NCBI RefSeq assembly: GCF_009914755.1
Contig: NC_060927.1
Strand: one strand, 5' to 3'
Source: the human T2T-CHM13v2.0 reference genome, Homo sapiens
Length of the DNA stretch: 64,000 bases
Positions 43,501 to 56,495 of this stretch are shown piece by piece; position 1 is the stretch's first letter; the number at the start of each line of letters is the position of its first letter. The translations under genes were made by a program, and so were the position numbers. The notes under the pieces were generated by a model. It worked only from the letters and a program-made list of their open reading frames with translations, searched no databases and was not told the DNA's origin.

Positions 43501-46500
43501 TTCTTGTAGTCAATCCTTTCAAGAGATTATTCTTCTCCAACTTGAATCATTATTTTCTCCTTTTCCAATAAATAATCTTGTAAGAGTTCTCACTTTTATT
43601 TATTTTCAGTATACTAATACTTCAACCAGAAATATCAGTTCTAGTCATATTTTTGTCTATAAACAAGGTGGAATTCCTTGTTTCTCCTCTTTTTGTATTT
43701 TGATGTCAGAAAGTACTCCTTAAGTGATTACCCTGGAAGACTTGGAGACATGTATAACTCATCACCAAATTTCAAAATAGCAGCAATCATTCAGTATTGT
43801 GTGGCTGGATGATTAAGGAATGTGTTGTTTCCACTTTCTGGATATCTTAAACACTCTGAATTTATCCTATTAAAGAGAGAGGGAAGGAGATTGAATATGA
43901 ATAATAAGCAAGAACACCCAGGGAACAGCTTCCCCACGATTTTCCCCACATATATTCTCCGTACTTCTCAATCCACATGTCCTATGTGAACTTCCAAAAC
44001 CTATCCATTTCTACCTCAGACCTGTATAGTATTTCTGGGAACTACTATCTAAAAGTGATGGGGAAAAATGTTATGGTTGTGTAATAAGGTGGAAGAACAA
44101 ACAGTGGGTCATAGATGGTGGTTCTCAGCAGTTAAGTGGCACATTTCTTGGTGGTGTAGACCAGGACTTTCTTACCTTCACAGATATATTTGGTCAGGTT
44201 TACATAGTCCTTTAAGCTAATTTTTTGTTTCTGTTTTTGTTTGTTTTTACATTTTGAGTTACCTTAGACAAGCCATGTACTCACTTGCTATATAATCCCA
44301 ACTTTATGAATGAGAATAAAGTCTGATTTGCAGGTTTCTGTTGTCTGCGGCTTCTGGTGGGTATTTGAATTTACAATCTCAGGAAAGACCTCAAATTTAC
44401 AGGAGAGGGCCAGCAAACTTAATTATGCCATATCTGGAGCATCAGCATGGTGCATTCATTTGAACACATTTTGGCCTAACAAGTTTTGTTTGGCCTAACA
44501 AACTTTCACTAACAAGTGAAAGTTTCTCTCCCAGATTTTAGTGATAGAGCAGTTTTTTAGTGTTAGTGTTCAATATAATGATAAAATTTTGTCTCCTGTT
44601 GAGCTATCCTTAGATATTTTAGTTGGAAAATAAAATAGTTAAATCATAAACTTGAAAACAATTCAATTTCTAGAAATTTCCTTCAAGGCAAATTTAATCA
44701 ATTCTCCTCACTTCGTAGATTTATTTTAAGAGTTTCAAATTGCCTTCCCAAGGTTATATTGATATTTATGGTAGGCCTCAATCTAGGGACAACATTCTTT
44801 CCACACTCTGCACATGTCAAATATTTCATATGGAGCTTGTTATTTTGCCAGTCTTGTCCAACTTTTAAGGTACTTTTTATATTTATTATTTTCCCCTTAA
44901 GGGCATCCATGGAAGTCATTATGTGAAAATTCATGTAATTCTAATAAAATAAAAACCAGTTTAGATAATTTTTTAAAATTTTATTTCTAAAACACTGTTG
45001 CTAATCAATTATTCTATTTTTTTTAAAGCTAAAGTGCCTCAGGTTGCTCAATAGTAGGTGATTTCTTAAATTTTCCAGTGAAAATATCCAAAATATTTTT
45101 TGTCAATCTATGTAGGTAAACATGAGAGGTGCTAATATTTCTTATGATATTTATTAATTTGGTTATATATTTGACATGTAAAATTATAATTAACAAAATT
45201 TTTAAAAGAAAATTATGACATACAAAAATACAAATAAACACGTGTCAAAGAAGTAGTAAAATGTTACAACCAGTTCAAAGATCATCCCAGAAGCTAGGAT
45301 ATTTACAGTCAAAGTTAGGATAAGATTGCCATATTAGATAAAAACTGGTTGATATCCAAAAATGTCACAATTCTCTGGTTTATTTGTTACACTGGATGGA
45401 AATTATTTTGCAATTCTACCGTACAAAAGTCTACGAGTTCACAATTAACCTCACTATTTCTATAGCACTTAATCAATATTAAATAGTGAGTTTAAATACA
45501 TTCCTTAGAAAATTTTTTGTGGCTTTTCAATTCATATAACATTGAAGAATGTACTGACTACCTTTCTTGTCTTATTTACAAATTTTGGACAACGTTTTCT
45601 GACATACCAATTTCAAATTGTAGTTTTCCACTAATATTTCATAAAGCAGTTTATCTCATATGAACAATTTTATTTCAATCAATGTCTTTATGATTATTTG
45701 GGCAGGTTGTGGGGTGTAAAACACATTTCTTTAAATCACATCATCTTTATTTCTCATTTGTTTTCAATCCAAAGCATTTTGAATCTATTATTTTTGTTGT
45801 TCCTTAGCAGAAGGACCCTCTTCTTATTTGTGATCTCCAAAACATAACCATTTACTTTATTACCTTAAGTAATCCACAAAAATTTTCTTTGCAGCAGCAA
45901 CATTTGAATTTGTGAAGTCAGAGTCAGAAATAAATCAATCTACATTAATTCAATTTCTTTGCTCTTCACAATTTTTCTAATCACTGTCTTGCATGTTCTT
46001 TATAAGGATTCAAAATTAGCATAGATCAAAGACATTTTTTGCTAATGTGTATTCCCAATACATCTTTATTAACAACAATAATGTAATTGAGATATTGTCC
46101 CCATAAAATAAAAATACAGAAATTAAAACTAAAAGTCTTTCTCAAGATTTATGAGAGTTAATTTTGGGGCCAAATAATAATTTCCATTAATTTTGACATT
46201 AACAAAATTTTTTTCAACTAATCTTTTTGACAGAGCAATTTATGGGTGATGCCTGTTACTCCCCCTCTTCCCCAGAAATAACAGGGACATTTTTGATGCT
46301 CTCAAGATTAATTGTTAAGTTCACTTAAGAGTTTACTAATTTGTGAATTATACTTTATCCTTAAAGCCAGTGTCATTTGTTTAACCCTTTGTTTACTGTT
46401 TAATCACTCCTTTTAGAATAGTTTCAAACTATCTATTTACAAGATCACAAAATTTTTGTCTTATATCTTTGAGAGTTATGTCTTATATTCAACATTTTAA

Positions 46501-48375
46501 CACAGTAGTAAAAAAATCCATGATATATGTTCGAATAACATACCTATTTATTATGATCAATGTTTACAAAAGAGATCCTGGAATTAAACAAAAGATACCC
46601 TAGTGTCACTAATAGATACCTGGTAAAATTATCACAATTTTAAAGAAGATGTTGATGTTTTATACCATATGAAAATATTCATTGATTATTAATTATGGTG
46701 CTGATAAGTACTACATCTAAGTCTACACGTACCCTAAGATAATGAAAATTTTACATAAATAGCATTTTGAATGACCATAATGTATAAGAAGGTTTGGAGA
46801 GTATCTCTGGACTATCTATTATACCATCCTTTCTTCTTTTTGCTTCTTATCACTCAGTACTCCCTTTCAGTTACTGGATTGTGAAAGATGATAAGACCAA
46901 AATTTTAAATACATACAGCAATTGGTAGATCCAATAAATAAGACAGCTAGCTACTAATACTCAGTTTACACCAGGGGGTCAGAATCTGCAATAAGGGGCC
47001 CCTAATGTTCCATCGTAATTTACTTACAATTAGACGTATGCTTTATTTCTGCTATTTGCTAAGGCTTACAATTATAAACTTTTAATAAAGTCAGAAAAGG
47101 AACTGGACTTCTCTGTAGCTCATTAAATCCATTCCATTTTACTTATATGCAGGATTTAAGTACACTTTATTGTCGGTAGTATCCACACTAGTTTTACGTG
47201 ACAACTGAAAGCCTAACAGCCCATGGTTTATCTCATAACAATTTCCTGTTCTGTCCCAGATTGATATATCTTTGCAAATGATCTAGCTGTATCTCCAAGG
47301 CTGTTTTACAAAGGCCTATTATTACTCTGATTTAGTTGTTTCGTCAATTTCCAGACAACCAGTAATACGGCAAACACATTCACATGCTAATATGGCCTCA
47401 AGGACATACCTGAATTTAAAGTCAAGTAATCACACTACAAAATAAAACTTTCTTTTCTTCTGAAAGGTGGTGCCTTTCTTATACCAGGCTTAATAATCAA
47501 ATGACTATTGCATTAATCACGGGTAGTCTCTAAGATATGAAAAATTAGATTTTAAAAAAATTTCTTACTCTCATCCATTAAAACCTAGACACAAAATAAA
47601 TGTTTAGATTCCATAGTGTAAATTGCACATTAATGTGTCTTCAATTACGACTTTGATAACTACCCATAATATAACTGATCTCAAAGTGAGGGCACAAATC
47701 CTTTGAGAATTCAGAGATTTAAATTATTTTTGTTCCCCTACACCATGCCTTCATCTCTGTGTTTGCAACTATGCCTCTCTCTCTCTCTCTCTAGAGTTTG
47801 AGAATGAAACAATGCCATTCTTTTCAAATTTGTTCTTCTTCATGGAAGGCTCAACATATGGTAAATTTCTGAGATTGAGTGATTTTCATTTGTTTTTTTA
47901 AAAAAAAAACTTCACATTTTCTTAAGGGAATATGTGCAAGTCTAAGATATTGCAATACTCTGGCATGGAATAACAAGAAAAGGAAGCTACAAGGATAAAA
48001 TATGCTTGGAGAAAGAAAAAGAATATAAGGCAATCTCAAATTTGTATATAAATGTGAATACAACACTGTGATCAATTTAATATGTTAAAACAATTGAGGA
48101 AATTTTTTGACTATAAAAATAATCAGGAAAAGCAGAAAATCTTGGACATGGGCAAAAAGGATTTCTGGGTTTTCTTTCAGTGGCATGCCAGTTGTTGCCT
48201 AAGAGACTCTGGGGATCATCTGATGCTATTGGGGTGTGTACCACTTAATGTCCTTGACTAAGCTATTAATAGAATTTAACTTGCAGAAAACTGAGAGTAA
48301 TGCACATTCTTCATGGTCATAGCGATGAAATGGCTCTAATTCAATGCTGATGGAAATCAATTTTAACTGGTAGAG

Positions 48376-48863
48376 CAGTGGTCCCCAGTGTTTTTGGCAC
48401 CAGTCACCAGTTTTGTAGAAGACAATGTTTCCAGAGACAGGGGGCAGGGGTGGTGGTTTCAGGATGATTCAAGCACATTACATTTATTGTGTACTTTATT
48501 TCTATTGTTATTACATTGTAATATATAATGAAATAATTATACAACTCACCATAATGTAGAATTAGTGGGAGCCCTGAGCTTGTTTTCCTATAACCAGAAG
48601 GTCCCATCTGGGGGTGATGGGAGACAGAGACAGATCATCAGGCATTAGATTTTCAAAAGCTGTGTGCAACCTAGCTCCCTCCCATGTGCAGTTCACAGCA
48701 GGGTATGAGAATCTAATGCCACTGCTGATCTGATAGGAAGCAGAGCTCAGGTGGTAATATGAGTGATGGGGAGTGGCTGTAAATACAGATGAAGCTTCGC
48801 TCACTCACCCACATTGTTCACCTCCTGCTGTGCAGTCCATGGCCCAGGGATTAGGGACCCCTG
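48376..48863 (+). mobile_element. MER1A (hAT-Charlie3 derivative)
   Basis: TIRs CAGTGGTCCCC / GGGACCCCTG; perfect 8-bp hAT TSD TGGTAGAG (48368-48375, 48864-48871). Confidence 0.92.
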
Positions 48864-50668
48864 TGGTAGAGGATGTAAATCTCTGTGATTCAAATCTTTA
48901 TTTTACTGACTTTAAACTCTTTCTGGTTCCCTCAGTAATCAGAGTTCAAGATTGACATATGCATATTTTATATTTGTATGAGAACAATGGTTTTAACATT
49001 TTATAAACTCAACTTTTACTAATTACTACAATTATGTGTGTCAAGAATAAAATAAAAATTAAGAAAGATTATGTTTAGCCCCTAATATGAAAAAGTTACT
49101 ATTTGCCAGATCATGTGACTATAGACAGTCTAAGTTATTCTTACAAACCAGTTACATTTAAGAAGTTGTGGCTTGAATGAATCAAGTATATTTTAACATA
49201 AGTGATTGACTATATTGGAAACAGACTTCATTTTTCTTTATTTTGCCTTTGGAGTATTCTTTCATCCAGTTTCATTTTATCCTAGTTTGTGCTCTCACAG
49301 TCTTCATTGCTTTGGTAGATCTGTGTCTGCTTTTGTTGAGAGGACTTGTCCAAGAAGGATGAACAGTCAGTGTCAGTGTCAGAAGACACCAGGAATGCTG
49401 TGCAGTGGGGATTGATCTAAAGTCAAATTGGCCTAGCAGATTCTAATATAAACTGCATATTGTACTGTTCTTATAGTTTTCGTTAAGGCTGAGTAAACAC
49501 AACTTTAAATAATGATAATAACAAAAGTAGCCATCTTTTCTGTAAATTGGAAGGGGACTATACAAAAGGGTAAAATGCTGACAGGTGGTCAGCAGTAACT
49601 CCTGGACAAAGTAAATATGGGTGGCTGAAGCTGCATGAGACACTCCTCTGACTAATGGGGAATAGAAGCCTGGTCAGAATACTGTTGATGCCTATGCAGA
49701 TATAACAGAGAGAGAGGAAATTTCAAAGGGTAGCCTCAGGTTTTCTTGAGCCAAGCATATTTGGACTTTATTTTTGTGACCTCTTTTGTTTCCATTAACT
49801 GCTCAGGACTAAAGGACAATCCTTGAGATTATCACAAAGAGCTGAGATGTCTCCCGTTATATGTGCACAGACCCACAGTGGGAGAGATTGCTAGACCTGT
49901 GATTTAAATCAAATAGTTTTTATTAAAAACTTTCTCCAATAACTAATAACTTTCACTAAAGTTCTTTTTATTATCCATTATCAAAGTTCCTAACTGCAGC
50001 AGCAGCTGAAGTTAAAACTAATATAAAAGTTGCTTTGTTGAGTTTTTTCCTTTCTATTTCTCTCTTATATTTGAGCAGCATGAACAAATTTTTACAATTT
50101 TGAAAATATGTATTGATGGATCCTGGCAGCATTCAACTGAGGGATAAGAATAAGAACACTCATGGAATAAAATAATTTAAGAAATTCAAGGTTGTATGCA
50201 AATTTATGAAGCTATGTAATATCTTGCTTCATGAATCTATTTCTTTAAATATTTTCTGTGAAAATATAAAAGAGAAAGCTTTTATACCTATAGTGTTTTC
50301 CTTAAATAAATTATCATTTTGGAAGAATTTTTATATTTAAATGTAGATGCCCTAAGGAAGGATTTATCTTAGTTCCAATAATTAAACATATTAAATTGCA
50401 TATAATGGGTAAGATATTGTGAACTAAATTATTAGGTGAGCTGTCTCATGTTTTATGTGGAATACCTTTCATAGTAGTTTTCATGTTAATGCCTGGCAAA
50501 ATGATTTTTGTGATTTGAAAGCAATAAACATTATTTGCAATTTATGATCAAGTTATTCATCTATCCACTCAATGTATTTTTAGTGAGCTCTAGTTTGGTT
50601 CAAGCATTTTTGTTCTGCCTATGGGACAGGGCAAAGATAAAAGTGGGATTAGAAAAGCACGTAGTCTA

Positions 50669-50980
50669 GGCTGAGCAAAGTGGCTCACACATGTAATCCC
50701 AGCACTTTGGCAGGCCAAGGCAGGCGGATTGCTTGAGCCTAGGAGTTCGAGACCAGCCAGGGCAATATGGTGAAACCCCACCTCTGCAAAAAATATAAAA
50801 AATTAGCCAGGTTCAGTGGCACTTGCCTGTAGTCCCAGCTACTCAGGAGGCTGACAGATGGGAGGATCCCTTGAGCCCAGGAGGTCAAGGCTGCAGTGAG
50901 TGGAGATTGCGCCACTGCACTTCAGCCTGATTGACAGAGTGAGACTGTCTCAAAAAAAAAAAAAAAAGAAAAAAGTAAAA
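50669..50980 (+). mobile_element. AluJb inserted in an L2 remnant
   Basis: AluJ diagnostics (GATTGCTTGAGCC, GGTCAAGGCTGCAG), A-rich tail, diverged TSD. Confidence 0.88.
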
Positions 50981-52617
50981 GGAAAACATGTACTCCTGAC
51001 ATCATTCATGGTAGAGACAGACATATATGCCCCAACTATTTTTCAAATTCTAGTGTAGTTTGTACATTAGAATAATGGAAAACAGTGTACTATGAGGCCA
51101 GAAAGAAGGAAGAAATTAATACCAACAAGGATAACTTATAAAGACTTCAGGAAGTAAGGGGAAAATTATCTGAACTGCAAAGATAGGTGTAAGTTTATTG
51201 AGCAGAGATGTAGGGAGAGAGGGTGAATAGGCACTAGCTAGGAAGAAGTACACCACAGAGACAGAGCCATAACCATACACAAGGAGTAGAGAGACTAGTA
51301 AGAAATTCAGGATGACTGGAGGGTTTCGTATGTATATTGCACATATGAAATGTACGGGTGGGATAGGTGGCTGAATGCTTAGATTGCTGAGAACATTGCA
51401 TGCCAAAATAAGGAATACTGATAAAATTAGTCCACAGTGGGAGCCACTAAAATTGTTGGTCCATTGTGAAGTGATGTAACAGAGCCTCAAATTTGCATAA
51501 ATAAGAGGATTATGAATATGGTATTATTCTCACAAAAATGAATGACTAGTCCAATAACTCAAAAACAGTAAATTACAAAGCTGGTAGTAGAACTTAAATC
51601 TTGCCAGTACAACAGTTCAAGTCTATCCCGGTTATATATAAATTGGAAAAGTTTCCTTAAATATCAGGCATATTATTTTCATTGATATTTTTAATCTTCC
51701 AAAGAAGATTAAAAAAATTATCTGGAATAAATGCCAAAAAATTATTTTTAAATGTATTGCTCCAGAGATATTCAATGAAGTATTAATTTCAAGTTTTTGC
51801 ACATAAGACTATAATAGAAATATTGAATAATACTAACAAGTATGTTAAGACAAATAATGAAATCTATTTTAACTATTTTTAAAAGATTCTCTATTATATA
51901 GAAAGAAAGGTCATGGAACTCAGTACCCAAAATAAATTATTGAAATTTTCTTTAAACTAACAATGTATATTTAGAATATGTTTTCTGTATTTTAAACATT
52001 GTACTCTAGATCATTATCTTTCCATACTAAAAAGCTAACTCCTGTCACAAATATTATACATTTTATGCCTAAAAATATCTAAATATATGTTTTAGTTTTA
52101 CATTTTATGTGGGAGTCAAAAATGTCCTAAAGAAAGGCATCTTTTAAAATTTCTTAAGCATTTCCATTTTTCTACAAAGTCCATGTTACACTTAGGTTAA
52201 AAAGAAGAATGAAAACCCCTCAAGCCAGATTTTATGACTTTTTATATCACACTGAAAAGTCCAATGAACTACAGATTTCAACCATGGAGATTTGTGCCCT
52301 ACTATGAAACGGTCAGTATTATGAAAACTGCCATTATATTTTATGATGCTATTTGACCTCTACATAGGTACTTTCATTATCTGACAATAATATTCAATTT
52401 GCAAAACTAGCCCTAGTCATTTTAAGCGCCCAGCATGCAGGAAAGCATTAAGCATTTTGTGTTGGTTTTTATAGAGGGCCTTGTAGTGACCAGACTGGTA
52501 CCTTCCATTTTTCTCTTTTAATAGTTGGGTTGCTGATCTCACAAATTATATTTCGGTTGGAAATGAAAGGTCCACCGCTGCCAGCATTTTGTTAGAAATA
52601 ATGACACACTTTACTAC

Positions 52618-52819
52618 CTGTAAGTGCTGACTGAGTGCTTCTGCCTTTTCTTCCCAAGGTAACTGTAACACAGATTGATGAAAGATTCTGCAGGACGACA
52701 AAGGTTAAAGATGTAGACCCGGAGCTAGAAGCCAGCACTGACACTGATGGAGTGGACTGCGATGAGAATGCCCACGTTATTGTCCTATCCTCTGATAACC
52801 AATGTAATATGAAAACCGA
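52618..52819 (-). other. Candidate exon (202 nt) of an unidentified minus-strand transcript
   Basis: Acceptor TTGTTCCTTTCTTCTGTAG| and donor CAG|GTAGTA on the - strand; repeat-free, CpG-retaining sequence. Confidence 0.35.
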
Positions 52820-53213
52820 CTACAGAAGAAAGGAACAAATTAAATCCATTAATCAAGCATATCTCTGCTAAACAGTTGTTCGAAACTGATGAACAAATGA
52901 AAAATTTACTGTTTGTTTTCATGCTTGCAAGGATTGGGGAAGAAAATTAATTATAAGGTACTGGCCACACTATCAGTTAAGTTTTTCTTGAGGAAACTAT
53001 TGCTTTGTCAAAGGACAAATGAACCTCATTAGGGAGATTAGTTTCAGCTGGTAGTTTTGCATTAGTACAAACTAATAATACACACTTCAAAAGATACCCT
53101 GAGTAAGATTATGAAAATTGAAATCCATTTGTTACTTCTTAATTTACTAACTGTTAGAAAATGACCACTCTATTACTTATCATGAAACCAGAAGGAAATC
53201 AAACACTGCTCAC

Positions 53214-53462
53214 CTTTCAACTAAGTGCCTGAAAGAGAACTGTTGCAGTGTGGGCTTTGTGAGTGCTGCGATGATGAACTTACGCATACAGGGGTTATAA
53301 CTTGGCCACGGCATTTTACTCTTAGGTTGAAGCATGTCATGCAGAGCTCCATGCCAAACGCAATTTTTGATAAGCTTCTTTGAAATCCTTTTCTTTTCAA
53401 ATGTTTTAAATGAATTGGACAAATAGCAAACTGACATCTGATATTCTGAATTCCCCTTAAAT
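53214..53462 (-). other. Candidate exon (249 nt) of an unidentified minus-strand transcript
   Basis: Acceptor TTTTCTCTTTTCTGTTCTTGCTCTGTATAG| and donor AAG|GTGAGC on the - strand. Confidence 0.42.
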
Positions 53463-53616
53463 CTATACAGAGCAAGAACAGAAAAGAGAAAACGCTACTT
53501 TGCTATCAATCCTGTATGGCCAGTGCACTGAGGCTCCTAAGCTGGCCACAGTGAGTGCAGTCCAGCTTCAATGTTCATTGAATCCCTGGCCTTTCTGTCA
53601 AGGCAGCTAAGAACAG

Positions 53617-53721
53617 AGCCAATCACTGCTCTCGGTGACGGGGAGTGCTTGGCTGCAGACACACGTCTTCCAAAACCTGGAGTGAGACCAGTCTCATTCC
53701 AAAGAGTGTATAAATCAGCTG
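53617..53721 (+). promoter_or_regulatory. Promoter/enhancer-like motif cluster (NF-Y CCAAT, TGACG, TATAAA, E-box)
   Basis: AGCCAATCA 53617-53625, TGACG 53636-53640, TATAAA 53709-53714, CAGCTG 53716-53721. Confidence 0.3.
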
Positions 53722-54368
53722 TGAAATAATAATGACTTTTTTGGGTTCTACTGACCCGGCCTGGATTCAGACTGCTGACCCAGAAAAGAAAGGCTTCACA
53801 CATCCCATTAGCAGTCCTTTCAGCCATTGAAGACATCCCCATCCAATTCTGACTTTCTTTCCTTTACAGCAGTCTTGCTCTTTTTTACGGGCATGTAAAC
53901 CAAATTGACGTTTACTTACTGCTTTTGTTTGGTTCCTTGATGTAACTTCTCTAATTTAACAGCAGCTTTCCAGGCATAGCGTTTGAATGAATCAGGCCAA
54001 ATAACATTAAAGTTCACTTTCTCAAAGCTTAAACTCTGTTACCGAGAAAAGATGGGGGTAGAGTTTTAAAGTATTCTTCTTAGTATAAAACTAAACGTTT
54101 TTCTCTAGACATATTGTCTCGTGATATTTTTAAAAGCCAGCATTATTTTTTTTTCAGGAAAGTTAAGTCAGTCTATAACAGTGATTCCACGGTTTACCCT
54201 GTTGTCCTGGAGTGGGTAGGAGCTTTCAGGAGTAGCTAAGGGTTTTCTTTTTCCAAAGTAAGTGTGTCAAGTTGAAAGAAAATTACAGGTTGTGGGACTG
54301 AGAAGTTAGATAATATAAGGGCTCTTCTAATGAAAAAAAAAAATCCAAATTTGCAAATACTAAACAGA

Positions 54369-54870
54369 TGTCTTAGTTTGAGTTTTCCGAAGCAAATTCC
54401 AAGAGGAGAATATGGGTACAATTTGCTTATATGAGAAGTGATTCCAGAAGCACAACGAAATCATGAAGTGGTGACATGGAGACGGAAGAAAGCCAATAAA
54501 AGGGTGGTAAACAATGAGGAATACCACTCTGAGCAATTGGGGCTCAGTCTTGCTGTGGGGCCCTCTGGAAGACATTTTAGATAACGCCTCAGGGTGCCAA
54601 ACCAGGAGGCAAACACTGGAGTGTATACTACTCCTATTCCTAACAGACTGAGGATTGTTCCTGGGGGTAGTAATTTCCCAGCATTTCCAGCCTTCTCTGT
54701 CTTTGCATATGTTCATGGGCAGTGTATATTCCTTAGAAAACCCTAAGGAAGGGAAAGGCTTAGGTGGAAGCCATAGACGTGTACAGGAGCCATCCAGCAA
54801 AGCCCCCGTTGAGCTCCAGTGTAAGCTTAGGGTAGAGAAGGATACTAGAAACATGTGACAGCTTCTCCAC
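54369..54870 (-). mobile_element. Old ERVL-type LTR (LTR16/LTR33-like)
   Basis: Terminus TGTCTTAGTTTG (reverse complement ...CAAACTAAGACA) and typical internal motifs. Confidence 0.6.
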
Positions 54871-55366
54871 TAGATATCAAATTGAATATTTAATTAAATA
54901 AATCACAACAAATCCCAAATATTAAAAGATGACAAATGTGGTCATTTCATACTCACCAACATGAAGGTCGGTATGACAGAGGAGAAGTCAGGAGAGGTGT
55001 GATAACAGGCCTAAATGACTGCTGCCAAGAATCTTATTGTTGCAATAGTAAAATAATAAAGATAATGACAATAATACCTTATGAGCACACTGCTACAGTC
55101 TTTCTCAGTGTCTCAAAAGAAATCTGTGTGAGAGCCCCTCAAACGTGGGCTTCAAAAACTTCTTGGTAAATTTCCCATGGCTGCTATTACTGAGTTTCTC
55201 TAATATCCTATGTATGTGTAGCTCTGAAATTAAGTTGAATATCATTTTTCAAAGCATTTCTGAACAGCAAGAATAACAACAATGAAAAATAGAAAAATCA
55301 CTCAAAACATTTATTTTAATATATGCACATACTTATGATAATTGATAAGCCATAATTTTTTACAGC

Positions 55367-55849
55367 CTGGTTTATTATCCCAGGTGCTACTGACATTTTG
55401 AACTAAAAAGTCCTTTGGTCAGAAACAGGGGGGCTGTCCTGTGCATTTTAGGATGTTTACAAATATTAAACAGATGCCCTAGTTTGAGTTTTCCAAAAGG
55501 AAACTCCAGGAGGAGAATATGGGCACAATTTGCTTATATGAGAAGTGATTCCAGAAGCACAACAAAGCCATGAAGTGGTGACTTGGAGAAGGAAGACAGC
55601 CAATAAAAGGGTCATAAACAATAGGGAATAGGTGACACGGAGAAGGAAGACAGCCAATAAAAGGGTCATAAACAATAGGGAATACTATCCTGAGCAAATT
55701 ATCCCTGACCTGTCCCCACTAGATACTGATACATGTACCAGTACTACTAGATACACATCTTCCCCAGTTTAAAGAAATAAAAGAAAGTCTCCAAACACTG
55801 ACAAATGTAAAAAACAACAACAAAAAAACACCTCCTGTTAGAACGACTG
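55367..55849 (-). mobile_element. MER20 (hAT-Charlie MITE) split by a 245-bp locally duplicated segment
   Basis: GGGGCTGTCCTGTGCATTTTAGGATGTTTA | insert | ATCCCTGACC...CCACTAGAT, which is contiguous in MER20. Confidence 0.8.
55456..55700 (+). repeat. Dispersed local duplicate of 54350-54538 containing a 54-bp tandem repeat (55577-55630, 55631-55684)
   Basis: About 85-90% identity to 54350-54538 by eye; tandem units 52/54 identical. Confidence 0.9.
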
Positions 55850-56373
55850 ATTTAGAACACAGAAAAACTTGCAAACTTAAAAAAGCAGTTCATTTGCTTA
55901 TACACCTTATGTCTCCCTCTATGCTACTTATGGATTTAGAAAAATTCTCTAATTCAGTCTCTTTTAGTATTCAAACAAGCATAGTATTGTGTAAATGAGA
56001 AAATGTTCTTAACGACTAAACCATAAAATATTGTTAAGGATATCAAGAAATGAAGATACTTTAAGGAGCTACCTATCATCCCACATTAATCGACATACCA
56101 GAAAACAAAGAATATATCCTATATTTAAACCATTCTAAAAAAGAACCCAGGTATCCTACTAATTATTTAACATTGTAAGTAACAATGGTAAGTTAAGTGC
56201 AATGTTTAATATCTCTCTGGTACAATATAAGATTGTTATGATATGTGATATGTATATAAAAAGTATTTAATATGATATTGACTAATAAAAATAGTCTTTT
56301 TATCTTCTGCAAAACCATAAGTGTATGGAAAACATTACATTAAGCTTAACTAACATTTAAAAAAACAACTACA

Positions 56374-56495
56374 GTGGAAGGATCACTGAGCCCGGGAGGC
56401 GGAGCTTGCAGTGAGCCAAGATCACACCACTGCATTCCAGCCTGGGAGACAAAGTGAGACCCTGTCCCCTCTAAAAAACAAAAACAAAAAACAAA
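56374..56495 (+). mobile_element. 5'-truncated Alu (right-arm fragment)
   Basis: Alu 3' ~95 nt plus (AAAAC)n tail, imperfect TSD. Confidence 0.85.

Noticed and set aside
52627-52664. Plus-strand CTGAC, pyrimidine tract, AAG|GTAACT resembling a recursive splice site, and the 78-aa ORF 52635-52871
   Set aside because: AAG acceptor and weak donor; no evidence of a + strand host intron; the ORF starts at a non-ATG codon and has no homology
54360-54854. 164-aa minus-strand ORF with similar short ORFs at 55466-55697
   Set aside because: Lies in an old LTR; the apparent paralogy is explained by the local duplication
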